Shown: positions 11,790 to 30,678 of the stretch, in pieces
Layout of the letters: every line of letters begins with the position of its first letter
Numbering within the stretch: position 1 is the stretch's first letter
Assembly: GCA_002269645.1 (NCBI GenBank)
Contig: NIVC01004460.1
Coordinates: 1 to 44,983 of the forward strand
Source: Macrostomum lignano
Taxonomy: Eukaryota
Reading direction: 5' to 3'
Length of the DNA: 44,983 nt
The notes under the pieces: generated by a model
Seen by the model: the letters and a program-made list of their open reading frames with translations, nothing else
Told to the model about the DNA's origin: nothing
The model's database searches: none
Made by a program: the position numbers and the translations under genes

Positions 11790-12443
11790 ATAGTGTACAA
11801 CGCGCTTAACCGTGCAGGTAATGGATGTCTATGGCCTAACTATGGTCATGTTTATTCAATATGACAAAGTATCGCTTTTGACACTGTAGACTGCAATAGC
11901 CAAGCAAAGTGATACATGTAAAAAGCCACCTAAACTGAGAATTCATAGATTTAAACAAGGAATTCTAAATCCTAATGCTAGATTTAGAATTCCTTGATTT
12001 AAACGTCGTGTACTATTGTATATTTATTCGCAACTTAGACTAAGGCCCATAGACAAAGCTGGCAAGACGCCGCCAAGGCCCTTCGCAGGCAGCGTATAGA
12101 CATATATGAAGGAACACGTACGGAGGATTCTCAGTTGGGTTGAAAAAAGCTACGGACATATTTCCATAGCTCAACGTTCTCAACGTCGGCCCACTCCAAA
12201 TGGTGGGAGATCTCACCGGCCGTCATGCCGCTTCTCATGCCGTTAGGAAATAATGAATCCATATGTGGCCAAACTCACGATCAGAAGCTTGTGAATAGCA
12301 AGAAATTGTCTATGGTCACTAAGAAAATGTCTATGGTAGGAACTCCTAGCTGCAGGAATAAAAAGCGTGCAGATAATAAAGTACAGTGCTGTGACGAAGA
12401 AGTTTTTCAACGCACGCTCAGTCATGGGACAATATGCCTAGTA

Positions 12444-14723
12444 CACCATTTTACCCTCGCTTTTGAACAAACTCCGTTTCACTTTAGACAGTCGGAACTT
12501 CAGTTAAGACACTTTTAGACTGGAGCCCCGAATCTACATTCACTATCGACAAACTCCGTTTCAGTATCGACAGCTAAGCTTTGTGCTGCTACACTTCTAT
12601 CTATTTACATAGGCAAGTAAGGAAACGCACATCCAGATCTAGGCGAAACTCCCTTTCACTTTCGACAAACGCCACTTCTCCTTAAATAGTCTATGGTCTA
12701 AGCTGCTGAAACTCCGTTTCATTTTAGTCAACCAACATTCAAGATAGACAAGATACATTCACTTTAGACATGAACTCACACGGGAGGTGTGCAAAGGTTT
12801 ATTAAGCATGTTCATGGAAATTTCCAAGGATAAAAACTTTCATTGTAACGGAAGATGGCGTGCAACGAGAATTTTTTATCAATAAACAGTTAGTTTGGTG
12901 GCCTAATTTAAAAGGCATTTGAGAATGCAGGACTGTTCCGAAAAATGTTTGTTTAACAGCGTCGTGATTAAAACGGCAAAGCCAGCAGAAGCGAAACGAT
13001 AGTTCAGCGATGGGTTCTGATTTCCATTAGCCATCAATCGGCTGAGACGCCAAGCACCGTGGCAGATACCTGAAGCAATGGCTGAGCCACCGTGCCACCT
13101 TCTCTGGAGTGATGCAGTCTGCGGTGCCGTCCACCTCACGGAGTAGAATGTCTCGGCGGTACGCCGCCAGGCTGCGACCAGCAAGCTGCTGCTCGTCGGC
13201 CTGATGAAGGAATCTTGGATCGCCGACAGTCGACGCTTCAGAGCCGCCTTCCAGCATGATATCGCGTTCTCAACTGGGGTGAGAAATGGACTGTAGGGTG
13301 GCAGTCGTCTCACTTCCACAGCGTCTTCGACCTCGTAGCTTTCGGCGTCATTGTGGCTGCTGACGTTGTCTATGACAACACTGATGCTGCTGTCTGGAAA
13401 CACGCTGTGGAAGTTGGCGATTGTGATTGTGAGAAACTCGCCGAATCTCTCCTTTGTCATGCCGCTGTCGTATGACTGGAAGTGCACGATTCCAGCAGTT
13501 GGGCTTACTGCCAGGCAGACTGTGATGCGCTGTCCCTTCTGTCCAGAAACCTGTCGGTACACGCGCTGTCCACGAAGAGATCGTCCATAGGATCGCCGCA
13601 TCCATGTGTTGAAGCCAAACTCGTCAATAAAAATCTTCTCTGTGTCAGATGCTTCGGGCGAGCACATCCACTGAGCAAATTGCTCACGAGCGGCTACAAC
13701 CCTTGGCGAGTTGCGCTCAGCTGGAAGATCTCGTGCCAGCTTCGTTGTGAACAGTGCACCGTCGAGTTTTATGCTCAGTGTCTTTTCTGAGACATGCTGC
13801 TTCTCAGGAAAAGCTTGTCTGAGCATGGTGTTCATCTCTTTCAGAGTCAGCAATGGATTCTGCTCCACGATTGCGCACAAATATTCTTGCATCTCACCAT
13901 CCCACTTCACGTTCTTGGCTCCGCCGCACGAAAGCTTCTCCGCTCGTCCACTCCTCACAATGGAATATGCGGTCGTTCTCTTGATGCCAAGTTGAGAGGC
14001 CAGTAGGATAAAATCTTCGCCCTTCTGGTAAGTGGAGAGAAGTCGCTGCCTGTCCTGGTTGCTCACTGGCTGTCGCTGTTGCGCTGGAGCCTCCTCTTCA
14101 AAGTCGCTTTCACTTTCGTCTTCGTAACCAGGCTCCTCTTCTAGGTACGAATCTTCGCTGTCCTCCATCTTTTTCAGGGCTTGCTTTAGCGAATATTTTT
14201 AGCGAATAGGCTTCAGTGTTTGGAGCGAAGGGAGAGTAGGCTGAGACTTTGGTTCGGAAGTTCGGAAGGTCTGGCCGGCGACCCTGCCACCCCACACTGT
14301 TCAAAGGGGCGAAAAAGGTGTCTTAAAAGGTATCTATGGTCAAAACCCCTCTTTCAGCTAACACTTAGGCGTAAACAAATGACGCATCTAAGAATCTGTC
14401 TAAAGTGAATGTATCTTGTCTATCTTGAATGTTGGTTGACTAAAATGAAACGGAGTTTCAGCAGCTTAGACCATAGACTATTTAAGGAGAAGTGGCGTTT
14501 GTCGAAAGTGAAAGGGAGTTTCGCCTAGATCTGGATGTGCGTTTCCTTACTTGCCTATGTAAATAGATAGAAGTGTAGCAGCACAAAGCTTAGCTGTCGA
14601 TACTGAAACGGAGTTTGTCGATAGTGAATGTAGATTCGGGGCTCCAGTCTAAAAGTGTCTAAACTGAAGTTCCGACTGTCTAAAGTGAAACGGAGTTTGT
14701 TCAAAAGCGAGGGTAAAATGGTG
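12444..14723 (-). mobile_element. IS630/Tc1/mariner-superfamily DNA transposon, 2280 bp, 327-bp TIRs (12444-12770, 14397-14723), TA TSD
   Basis: TA|CACCATTTT...AAAATGGTG|TA. The TIRs are near-identical (one mismatch seen) and contain ~5 internal direct repeats close to AAACTCCGTTTCACTTTAGAC. Confidence 0.95.
13027..14168 (-). CDS. DDE transposase (~380 aa) with HTH N-terminus and DD32E triad; one 1-bp frameshift near 13190-13200
   Basis: IFIDEFGFN...ITVCLAVS...VVIDNVSSH...LPPYSPFLTPVE. The true C-terminus (...ITPEKVARWLSHCFRYLPRCLASQPIDG*) lies in the frame of ORF 13027..13257. Confidence 0.9.
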
Positions 14724-14909
14724 TAGTAATCTTACATTATCTAGATAGCATACGCGTGCAGATAATACTCATAAATGTCTATGGCCAAAAGACTGAGACT
14801 TTCGCGTGCATAAAATGCATATAGCACAAAAGTTTCGTGTTGTTAACGGCTTAGCACGACCGCGCGTAAAACTTTGAGTGTCGATCCATCATTTTCAAAG
14901 ACAAAGAAA

Positions 14910-21307
<6,398 letters not shown>

Positions 21308-21744
21308 TAAGGCGTTCGAGAATATCGACTAGCAATACGTTACCGGTTGTCTTAACTGTTTTAGGGTTTGCTAAGTTAATCTCTCGGAACTCTTAATCAA
21401 TTAGAGATCATCTTAAAGGTATATTTGTTCTTTTTGTGTCAAATAAAATTCCACTTACACAAATAAAAACGTTGATTAATTCAGAAAGCTGAATAAAATA
21501 TCAATCGAAAAAAACGTTATTAATTTTAATTTAAAAATTCTAGAATATGCACGAACTAGGAAGATTTCCAAACAGAGAAAATTCTTAAAAAAAGAAACCA
21601 TTAAACCAAGTTATTAAAACATAAAAAATTACAGCAAGCATGTAAAATGGTGCTGGCTTTGCCAAAACAAAATACAAAAAGAAAAATACTCAATGTAGAA
21701 CATAATCAGTTTAGATAGATCAATGATCTAGCAAGTGTATAAAC

Positions 21745-23118
21745 CACTACTTCACGGTGTATGTTTGAGTGACCCACCACTTCACGGTGTATGTTTGAGT
21801 GACCCAACACTTCACGGTGTATGTTTGAGTGACCCACCACTTCACGGTGTATGTTTGAGTGACCCAACACTTCAGGGGGTATGTTTGAGTGACCCAACAC
21901 TTCAGGGGGTATGTTTCAGTGACCCAACACTTCAGGGTGTGTTTGAGTGACCCACCACTTCACGGTGTATGTTTGAGTGACCCAACACTTCACCGTGTAT
22001 GTTTGAGTGACCCACCACTTCACGGTGTATGTTTGAGTGACCCAACACTTCAGGGTGTATGTTTCAGTGACCCAACAGTGTATGTTTGAGTGACCCAACA
22101 CTTCACGGTGTATGTTGGAGTGACCCAACACTTCAGGGTGTATGTTTGAGTGACCCACCACTTCAGGGGGTATGTTTCAGTGACCCAACACTTCAGGGTG
22201 TATGTTTGAGTGACCCAACCCTTCAGGGTGTATGTTTGAGTGACCCAACACTTCAGGGGGTATGTTTGAGTGACCCAACACTTTACGGTGTATGTTTGAG
22301 TGACCCAACCCTTCAGGGTGTATGTTTGAGTGACCCAACCCTTCAGGGTGTATGTTTCAGTGTCCCAACACTTCAGGGTGTATGTTTGAGTGACCCACCA
22401 CTTCACGGTGTATGTTTCAGTGACCCAACACTTCAGGGTGTATGTTTGAGTGACCCAACACTTCACGGTGTATGTTTCAGTGACCCAACACTTCAGGGGG
22501 TATGTTGGAGTGACCCAACACTTCAGAATGTATGTTTGAGTGACCCAACACTTCAGGGTGTATGTTTGAGTGACCCAACCCTTCAGGGTGTATTTTTGAG
22601 TGACCCAACACTTCAGGGGGTATGTTTGAGTGACCCAACACTTCAGGGGGTATGTTGGAGTGACCCAACACTTCAGAATGTATGTTTGAGTGACCCAACA
22701 CTTCAGGGTGTATGTTTGAGTGACCCAACCCTTCAGGGTGTATTTTTGAGTGACCCAACACTTCAGGGGGTATGTTTGAGTGACCCAACACTTCACGGTG
22801 TATGTTTCAGTGACCCAACCCTTCAGGGTGTATTTTTGAGTGACCCAACACTTCACGGTGTATGTTTCAGTGACCCAACCCTTCAGGGTGTATTTTTGAG
22901 TGACCCAACCCTTCAGGGTGTATGTTTCAGTGACCCAACAGTGTATGTTTGAGTGACCCAACACTTCACGGTGTATGTTGGAGTGACCCAACACTTCAGG
23001 GTGTATGTTTGAGTGACCCACCACTTCAGGGGGTATGTTTCAGTGACCCAACACTTCAGGGTGTATGTTTCAGTGACCCAACACTTCAGGGTGTATGTTT
23101 CAGTGACCCAACACTTCA
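21745..23118. repeat. 30-bp minisatellite, ~45 copies (GTGTATGTTTGAGTGACCCAACACTTCAGG)
   Basis: Direct reading; gives the 10-aa periodic ORFs. Confidence 0.97.
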
Positions 23119-23251
23119 GTTTGCGTGCTTGAGTAATCCAAAACCTCCCTGTGTGTCAGCACAGTGAACTGCTTATTACAGAAGTTTGTAGGAAGTCGCA
23201 CCCGAAAATAATTGATTCGACCCTACAAAACAGGCTTTGTTAAACTCCGCT

Positions 23252-23821
23252 TTACAAGAAATCGCGTCCCTGCTGGGCGGCGGCGCCTTTTGGACGACGC
23301 CCTTTATTGTTCTTCCGCTGCTCCCGCCGCCGCTGCCGGTGCACCCACGGCTCCACAGGTGGCACCGCACGGCCCCAGAGGCCGCGACCGCTGCGCTTTG
23401 CCTCGGCCTGCTCAGCGCGGTATTCCGGGCAGCAGCGGCCGCGGTAGCACCAGGCGAGGCCGCCGGCCACCAGCCATCGGTTGATGTCGCTGTTGCCATG
23501 GCAGACGAAGCCGAGCACGCGGCCGTAGCGGTCGAGCCCAGGCGAGACCACGCAGACGCGGCTGCCAACCGGGAGGCGCCGAACTAGCGCCGATAAGGCG
23601 TCGGCGCCGAACTCCTGGTCGAGCTCGGGCGCGTCGATCTGCGCCAGTCGAATCCGCGTCGTCGAGGTCGTCAGGTCGCCATCGGTCCGGACCCGCAGCG
23701 AGTCGGCGTCGTGGATGGAAGCGACGGAGCCGCAGAGGTACTTCTCTGTAGCGTGTGGGTTGTGTGCGCATGCTACTTGTTTGCGATGCTACTTACTTTG
23801 AGACAGTAGTATACAAAGCAT
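23252..23821 (-). CDS. Single-domain thermonuclease (staphylococcal-nuclease fold), 172 aa in model A; exons 23821-23797 and 23745-23252
   Basis: Frame extended by hand: [18 protein letters not shown]...[17 protein letters not shown]...[12 protein letters not shown]...[15 protein letters not shown]...[17 protein letters not shown]...PVEPWVHR. This matches the SNase motifs DGDT, R-x4-DAPE, DKYGR, GLA and GLW. The 51-nt intron gtaagt...ctacag is phase 1 on both sides. Confidence 0.9.
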
Positions 23822-23844
23822 ATTTTATAATCAATAGCCACTGA

Positions 23845-24180
<336 letters not shown>

Positions 24181-24628
24181 AAACTAAGAAAGACTGACAC
24201 TGAGACAAAATGAAGACATCCCGAGTTTGTTGCGAGCTGTCTGCGATTCGCATGCAGCTAAAAGTTATTGCATACCCGGTCATCACAGCTACAAATTGCC
24301 AAGACTTTTGCTACTCAGCGGAGAAGCCAGCTAGCTCAAGGGCCGGTAATGTCGCACAGTATCGTTGAATCAAAATCGGTAGCTTCATCAATGTAGAAGA
24401 CTTTTTGAACACGCACACCACACTGAATTTATTTTGGGGCAGAAGTCCTTCAAAGACGTCGAAGGTTGGAACCAGGGAACATAAAGGTTACAGCTCGTTC
24501 TGTAGCAAAGCCACACTTGCACGGTCAACGAGGTTTCGTGTTGCACAAGTTTATGACTGACTAGCGCAGGTGGTGAAACATGAGACTGATGACTCGGTGA
24601 CTCAAAGTGTGTGGGGGACTATTAGTCT

Positions 24629-24700
24629 GGGTAGCCAGTCTAGTGGTCTGGCGCGGCACTCTGATGTGCCAGCGGCCCAGGCTCGATTCTCAAATGCAGT
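24629..24700 (+). mobile_element. Possible degenerate tRNA-derived SINE head
   Basis: A-box-like CAGTCTAGTGG and B-box-like GGCTCGATTC at tRNA-like spacing. No cloverleaf, tail or TSD confirmed. Confidence 0.3.
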
Positions 24701-25254
24701 CGTCACTTTACTTTGGGGCTAAATTAGAATCTCGGCTTGGCTCTGCTCGTGTAATTAACGGCCTTGAGGGCCAACACCCAGGGCACAGTGAGGGCCGCTG
24801 TACACTCTTGTGTGAGTGTGTGCCTGTGCGTATGACTGCGTACGTATCCGCGCGCTTGTGTGCCTCGTTAAACCAATCGCAAGAAAGAGTGGCCATAGAC
24901 ATTTAAACTGCCATCAAGCTCTGACGATAGCTAGAGAAGGGAAATGTTGCCAATTGCTTGAATCTAATAAGCTAGATGGACGGACAGCAGTCTTACACAA
25001 TGGGATTAACGCGAGTATTGCAACACGGAAATTAAACAACATTTCGGCTTCTCAGAAACAGCGGGAGCACTAATAAAATACAGCCTAGAAATGCTGAAAT
25101 CCTATTTTCCCAATACGACTAAAAGAAAAACAAGATGAAAGGCCAAGTCATGTGCACGAAACGCACTCAGGTCGGTACTTGAACTAGCAGCGTCTCTGTT
25201 CCGGGATCTGGGTAGCTTTAGCTGTTTTTGTTAGGGGAAAATGCCTCCATTCCA

Positions 25255-25820
25255 AATGCCTCATCTCTCTGTGCCTCATCTCTCTGTGCCTCATCTCCCA
25301 ATGCCTCATCTCCCTGTGCCTCATCTCCCTGTGCCTCATTTCCCAATGCCTCATCTCCCAATGCCTCATCTCCCAATGCCTCATCTCCCAATGCCTCATC
25401 TCCCAATGCCTCATCTCCCAATGCCTCATCTCCCAATGCCTCATCTCCCAATGCCTCATCTCCCAATGCCTCATCTCCCAATGCCTCATCTCCCAATGCC
25501 TCATCTCCCAATGCCTCATCTCCCAATGCCTCATCTCCCAATGCCTCATCTCCCAATGCCTCATCTCCCAATGCCTCATCTCCCAATGCCTCATCTCCCA
25601 ATGCCTCATCTCCCAATGCCTCATCTCCCAATGCCTCATCTCCCAATGCCTCATCTCCCAATGCCTCATCTCCCAATGCCTCATCTCCCAATGCCTCATC
25701 TCCCAATGCCTCATCTCCCAATGCCTCATCTCCCAATGCCTCATCTCCCAATGCCTCATCTCCCAATGCCTCATCTCCCAATGCCTCATCTCCCAATGCC
25801 TCATTTCCCAATGCCTCATC
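25255..25820. repeat. 15-bp minisatellite (CCCAATGCCTCATCT), ~37 copies, highly homogeneous
   Basis: Direct reading; gives the WEMRH / PNASS ORFs. Confidence 0.98.
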
Positions 25821-25849
25821 TGCTGTAAACCATTCCGAATTGGACTCAC

Positions 25850-26025
25850 CTGCCGTGGCGCAATCAACAGCCGATTTTGCTTTTTTTCCGGGTGATTTTT
25901 TTTCGCCCCGAAGATTTGCACAGCTCGACTTCGGTTGCCAATAGCAACAGCAGCAGCAGCAGCGGCCGCAGCTGGACTGCTGAGCCGAAATAGTTCAGAC
26001 GCCGCTGGAATGAAAATAGCATCAT
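25850..26025 (-). CDS. Candidate upstream exon of the thermonuclease gene encoding a signal-peptide-like segment (model B; needs a 1-nt correction in an A-run)
   Basis: MMLFSFQRRLNYFGSAVQLRPLLLLLLLLATEVELCKSSGRKK... with a strong donor CAG|gtgagt at 25850. As assembled the frame stops; removing one A from the A8 or A7 run gives ...KKAKSAVDCATA plus a phase-1 G that joins the 23745 exon in frame. Confidence 0.4.
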
Positions 26026-26346
26026 TATCTGTTAGTAGCTTTGTAGTTAAATAGGTGGGCCTACTGGCATTTGTCTGTCCTCTACTGGCATCTGTCTGGG
26101 CGCTACTGGAATTTGTCTGGGCGTCTGAAGCGCTATAATAAATTATAAGCACACGTTTGTACTTCTCAGTGTCACACTAGCTATTCTGCATTGTGTGACT
26201 AAGAGTATATTTTGGTTTAGTGCAGTGGATATGCAATCTGAGCTGTGCGAAATTGCTCGTTTTAGAAATTACACCTTAAAATTATCAAACAACAGAGATT
26301 GTCACGTACGGGCACGAAAACTATTTCTAGGCTTTTGTCAGCACTT

Positions 26347-26932
<586 letters not shown>

Positions 26933-27362
26933 CCAGCCTCTAGTGAAATATGCCAATAGTGCAAACAAAGCCATGATTGACAGGGGCGCAAAGCAGAAAT
27001 ACAGATTTACAGAGCAAAAATATGACTATTGTAGGCAATAAGAAAATACAGATTGACAGATTTAATGATAAGCTTAGCTAGTCTTATCAGATGGGGAAAG
27101 TAAGTTTTTAACTAGTGTAAAATAATGCAACTAAGAGACCAGAATAAACAAAAAGAACGATTTAAGAACACGACCCCATAAAGGTAACGGTGAATAAAAC
27201 ACAATTCTTTGTCAGGCGATATTGAACCTAAAAGACTTCCCAACAGGTAGGGAATTAATTTGAGTCCGAAACGATATATTCTAAAAAAAGAGGTTTGATT
27301 AGGACACAGAAGCCATCTCGCAAGCTTGTTTACAGCAAAATAATTAAGTCGTGGCCGCGTGC

Positions 27363-28417
27363 TCAACCCACAACTCCCACATTGCTCTTGGTCGGCCTAG
27401 CCGGGCCGCTGGAGTTGCGGCCCCTGCTGGTGCATCCGCTGCCCAACACCTGAACTTTCCGCCTGAACTCGGCGTTGAGCGTCAGCTGAAGCAGCGGCTT
27501 CACCGAACAGCTGCACAGGGCCAGCCAGACCATGAAGTTGTGCAGCGCAATCGGTTGTCGTTCAGTGATAAATCGTATGAAAGTCACGTGACAGAAGTAG
27601 GGCAGCCAGAGCAGGTTGAACAGCACGTAGTTGAGCATCACTGAGCTCAGCGAGCGGATCAGCTTGCGCTGCTCAGCAATCTGCCTGGCCCCGGCGACAA
27701 GGTCCTGGATACGCCTGCGCGAGGCCACGACGTGGGCGAGTACGCGACCGTAGCAGAAGCCGGCCACAGCGGACGGTGTGGTCACCATGAGCAACATGAC
27801 GGCTAGCGCGAGCGCCATGTTACTTTCGCCGTCGTCGCCAAAGAAGCACAAATAACTGTCCGGCACGTACTTGAATGCGCGCTGCGAGAAGACAACACCG
27901 CTTAGCGCTAGCCAGAGAGTCCAGTTGGCGATCAGGCGGATGATCACGTGACCTGCTCCCTCCAGGCAGCGATGGTAGGCAGCCTGGTGCAGGACGAATG
28001 CGTATCGATTGAGTCCAATCAGAGCGAAGCTGGAATTGGCCACGCCGACGCAGACGAAGAGGGCGCAGCCGCTGGCCAGACAGACATCGTCGCCGAGCAG
28101 CCTGGAGCCGGCGAAGCGCTGGCGAACACCAGCGGCAGGATGAGGACGCAAACCAGCAGGTCGCAGACGGCGATGTTGCCAACGCAGGCGTTGATGCCGT
28201 TCTGCAGCGTCTTGAACCTGGCCAACAGGATCAAGATTGTGACGTTGCCAGTCGTCCCGATGCCAGCCAGTAAGACGAGGAACACGAGCGCGCTGATGCG
28301 CCATCCGGGACTGTTTAGCAGTTGCCATCCGGGATCGACAGCAACGGTCGTGTCAAGCGGCGTCGCAAAGCTGTCATTCGGGCTGCCGGGATCCGGAGTC
28401 GACGATGGATGCGACAT
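27363..28417 (-). CDS. Intronless rhodopsin-class GPCR, melatonin-receptor-like; one 1-bp frameshift near 28113-28117
   Basis: N-glycosylation site NDS; TM1 GN (GTTGNVTILILL); TM2 NIAVCDL; TM3 LIGLNRYAFVLH (NRY in place of DRY); ECL2 YLCFF; TM6 LLWLPYF; TM7/H8 LNAEFRR. ORFs 28019..28465 and 27363..28328 each hold part of the protein. Confidence 0.88.
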
Positions 28418-29198
28418 GCCCGGCTCTCTAAAGCTGCCTTCAGACAGTTTTTCAGGCAAAGTCAAGCTCGATCAGGCTTGCAAATCCTCGGATGTATATA
28501 AGATTTTATCCGAATTCAGGCGGCCAATGGGATTTAGGCGCTGCAGCCGGGGGAGGCCTACAGTCCCTTCTCCTAATCCCGTAGTTGTTGGGGAGAAAAA
28601 ACTGACCAAAACAAGATTTTCCAAAAAAATTATTCGAGCGTCAAATTTCAAACGGAGATTCAAAGTGATTTGAAGATTGCTTGCTTTAAGATGCTACCCC
28701 AGATAGACTCAGGTGGAAATCGCCTACGTACTGACTTGAGCCCTGCGTCCCTGATTAGCTTATTGAGAAGGATTCCGTCCGGGATATTTGAATCATCCGA
28801 CCATGAAGAACAGCTCGCTTCACATTTGATACGCTATAAGGCAAATAACCTATAGCAAGGTAACCAAATAAAATTTCCTATCGGGATTAAGTAAACTGGA
28901 ATCAGTCATACATACTAATGGGGATGGGGGCATATTTGGAATCTATCTCATTAGCGGACAGGGAGTAAGCTTTTTATCCTTGACCCGTTTTTTGTAGCAA
29001 TGATTTGCTGAGGAAACAATTAGCTCTGTTGAATGTCGAAAATAAAGTCGAAAATTTGTCCAAGAAGAAAAACATAGATTGTCAGCAGCCACAGAACTGC
29101 ACTCAATCATAGACCGTAGAGTCAAATCAAGCTGATAAAAGTTAATTTGTTTTTTTTAACTTGGTGCAAATTTTAATTACCAATGGGATGATTCTTAC

Positions 29199-29394
29199 CG
29201 ACACAAAACCAGTTTGTCTGTGAACTTGTACATTTTCAAGAGCCATGCGGATTCACTTCCTGCTGCAGGGAGCTCGATGCGGTCAAAGAAGCATTTAGTT
29301 ATCAGGTGTGAATCCTCTGGCTGAACTAGGCAAGTCGATGCGTATTTGCAATCTTTTTCACAGTCTACTACAGGACAATTTGCCACTAACGGCA
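29199..29394 (-). CDS. Orphan Cys-rich internal exon of an unidentified gene
   Basis: Strong acceptor (ttctctttctctttag) and donor (CG|gtaaga). The 196-nt open frame reads PLVANCPVVDCEKDCKYASTCLVQ...LVLCR. Partner exons were not resolved. Confidence 0.45.
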
Positions 29395-29882
29395 CTAAAG
29401 AAAGAGAAAACGAAGGTGCTGCACCTGATTAATATAAAGCAAATAGTCTTGAAAATACTTAAGCAAAAGTACACCGGATTAGCGTTCAACTTGCAGGATA
29501 TGCAAGTCTGTAAGGTTTAAGTGATTTGAACTCGATCAGAAGCTCGCTACAGTGCTGCAGCTGTGCCACACGGCTATTTCGTTGCCACGTAGTATTCACG
29601 TGTCCGAATTCATAACCAAACACAGTCTTAAAGGAATGCAAAAAACATAATTACAAACATTATAATTGCAGAGACAATTATATTCTTGTTTTTTGCATTC
29701 CTTAAGCGAAGTAGCATTCCAAAAAACACAGTCTTAGCAAAAAGTTTTTTTCCTTTCACAGTGATCTATCAATACTTTTTCATAATAAGAAATTGTAGCA
29801 TGCTAGCAGAATTCATAAGTCCATTAAAATTGACTCTAGTCAATAAACGATCGCAAGTCATTTATGCTCGCTGAGCCGTATG

Positions 29883-30070
29883 GGCCATAGACTGCAAAAG
29901 CCAAGCAAAGAAAAGGAAAGAAAGACAAAAAGACTAATACTCAGTTTGGGTGGCTTTTTATCACAACTGCCTGACTTTTGCAGTCTATGGCCAATAGACT
30001 AAGGCAAGACATAGGCAAGGCCCTTCGCAGGCAGCGTATGAGGATTTTCAGTTAGGATATCAAAAACTCT
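29883..30070. mobile_element. CCATAGAC-type small TIR element plus an interspersed-repeat block shared with ~11890-12150
   Basis: Perfect 18-bp inverted repeat GGCCATAGACTGCAAAAG (29883-29900 / 29975-29992). CAAGGCCCTTCGCAGGCAGCGTAT also occurs near 12080. Confidence 0.7.
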
Positions 30071-30678
30071 ATGGTAAATACCGCTGCAGCGTGCACTGCC
30101 CAAATCGATTGCAAAAACTCTATGGTAAATACTGCTGCAGCGTGCGCTGCCCAGCTTGATTGCAAAAACTCTATGGTAAATACCGCTGCAGCGTGCACTG
30201 CCCAGCTTGATTGCAAACACTCTATGGTAAATACTGCTGCAGCGTGCACTGCCCAGATTGATTGCAAACACTCTATGGTAAATACCGCTGCAGCGTGCAC
30301 TGCCCAGATTGATTGCAAACACTCTATGGTAAATACTGCTGCAGCGTGCACTGCCCAGATTGATTGCAAACACTCTATGGTAAATACCGCTGCAGCGTGC
30401 ACTGCCCAGATTGATTGCAAACACTCTATGGTAAATACCGCTGCAGCGTGCACTGCCCAGATTGATTGCAAACACTCTATGGTAAATACCGCTGCAGCGT
30501 GCACTGCCCAGATTGATTGCAAAAACTCTATGGTAAATACCGCTGCAGCGTGCACTGCCCAGATTGATTGCAAACACTCTATGGTAAATACCGCTGCAGC
30601 GTGGACTGCCCAGATTGATTGCAAAAACTCTATGGTAAATACCGCTACAGCGTGCACTGCCCAGATTGATTGCAAAAA
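30069..30678. repeat. 51-bp minisatellite, ~12 copies (CTCTATGGTAAATACCGCTGCAGCGTGCACTGCCCAGATTGATTGCAAACA)
   Basis: Direct reading; gives the 17-aa periodic ORFs. Confidence 0.96.

Noticed and set aside
12903-13190. C-terminal ~95 aa of ORF 12903..14168 as listed in the track
   Set aside because: It is an out-of-frame read-through after the frameshift; the real transposase C-terminus ends at 13027.
21745-23118. 30-bp repeat array next to a nuclease gene, superficially CRISPR-like
   Set aside because: The units are head-to-tail with no unique spacers, no cas genes are present, and the context is eukaryotic. It is a minisatellite. The same applies to the 51-bp, 31-bp and 24-26-bp arrays.
23176-23771. 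Overlapping ORFs 23237..23587(+), 23212..23484(+), 23176..23568(-) and 23412..23771(-)
   Set aside because: They are shadow frames of the GC-rich thermonuclease exon; only the frame ending at 23252 carries family motifs.
23252-23821. Bacterial contamination as the explanation for the thermonuclease
   Set aside because: Disfavoured but not excluded. The gene has a phase-matched GT-AG intron, no operon neighbours or Shine-Dalgarno context, and host-type satellites on both sides. Read-level confirmation is still needed.
27351-28673. Plus-strand ORFs 27351..27644 and 27948..28673
   Set aside because: They are antisense shadows of the GPCR coding sequence.
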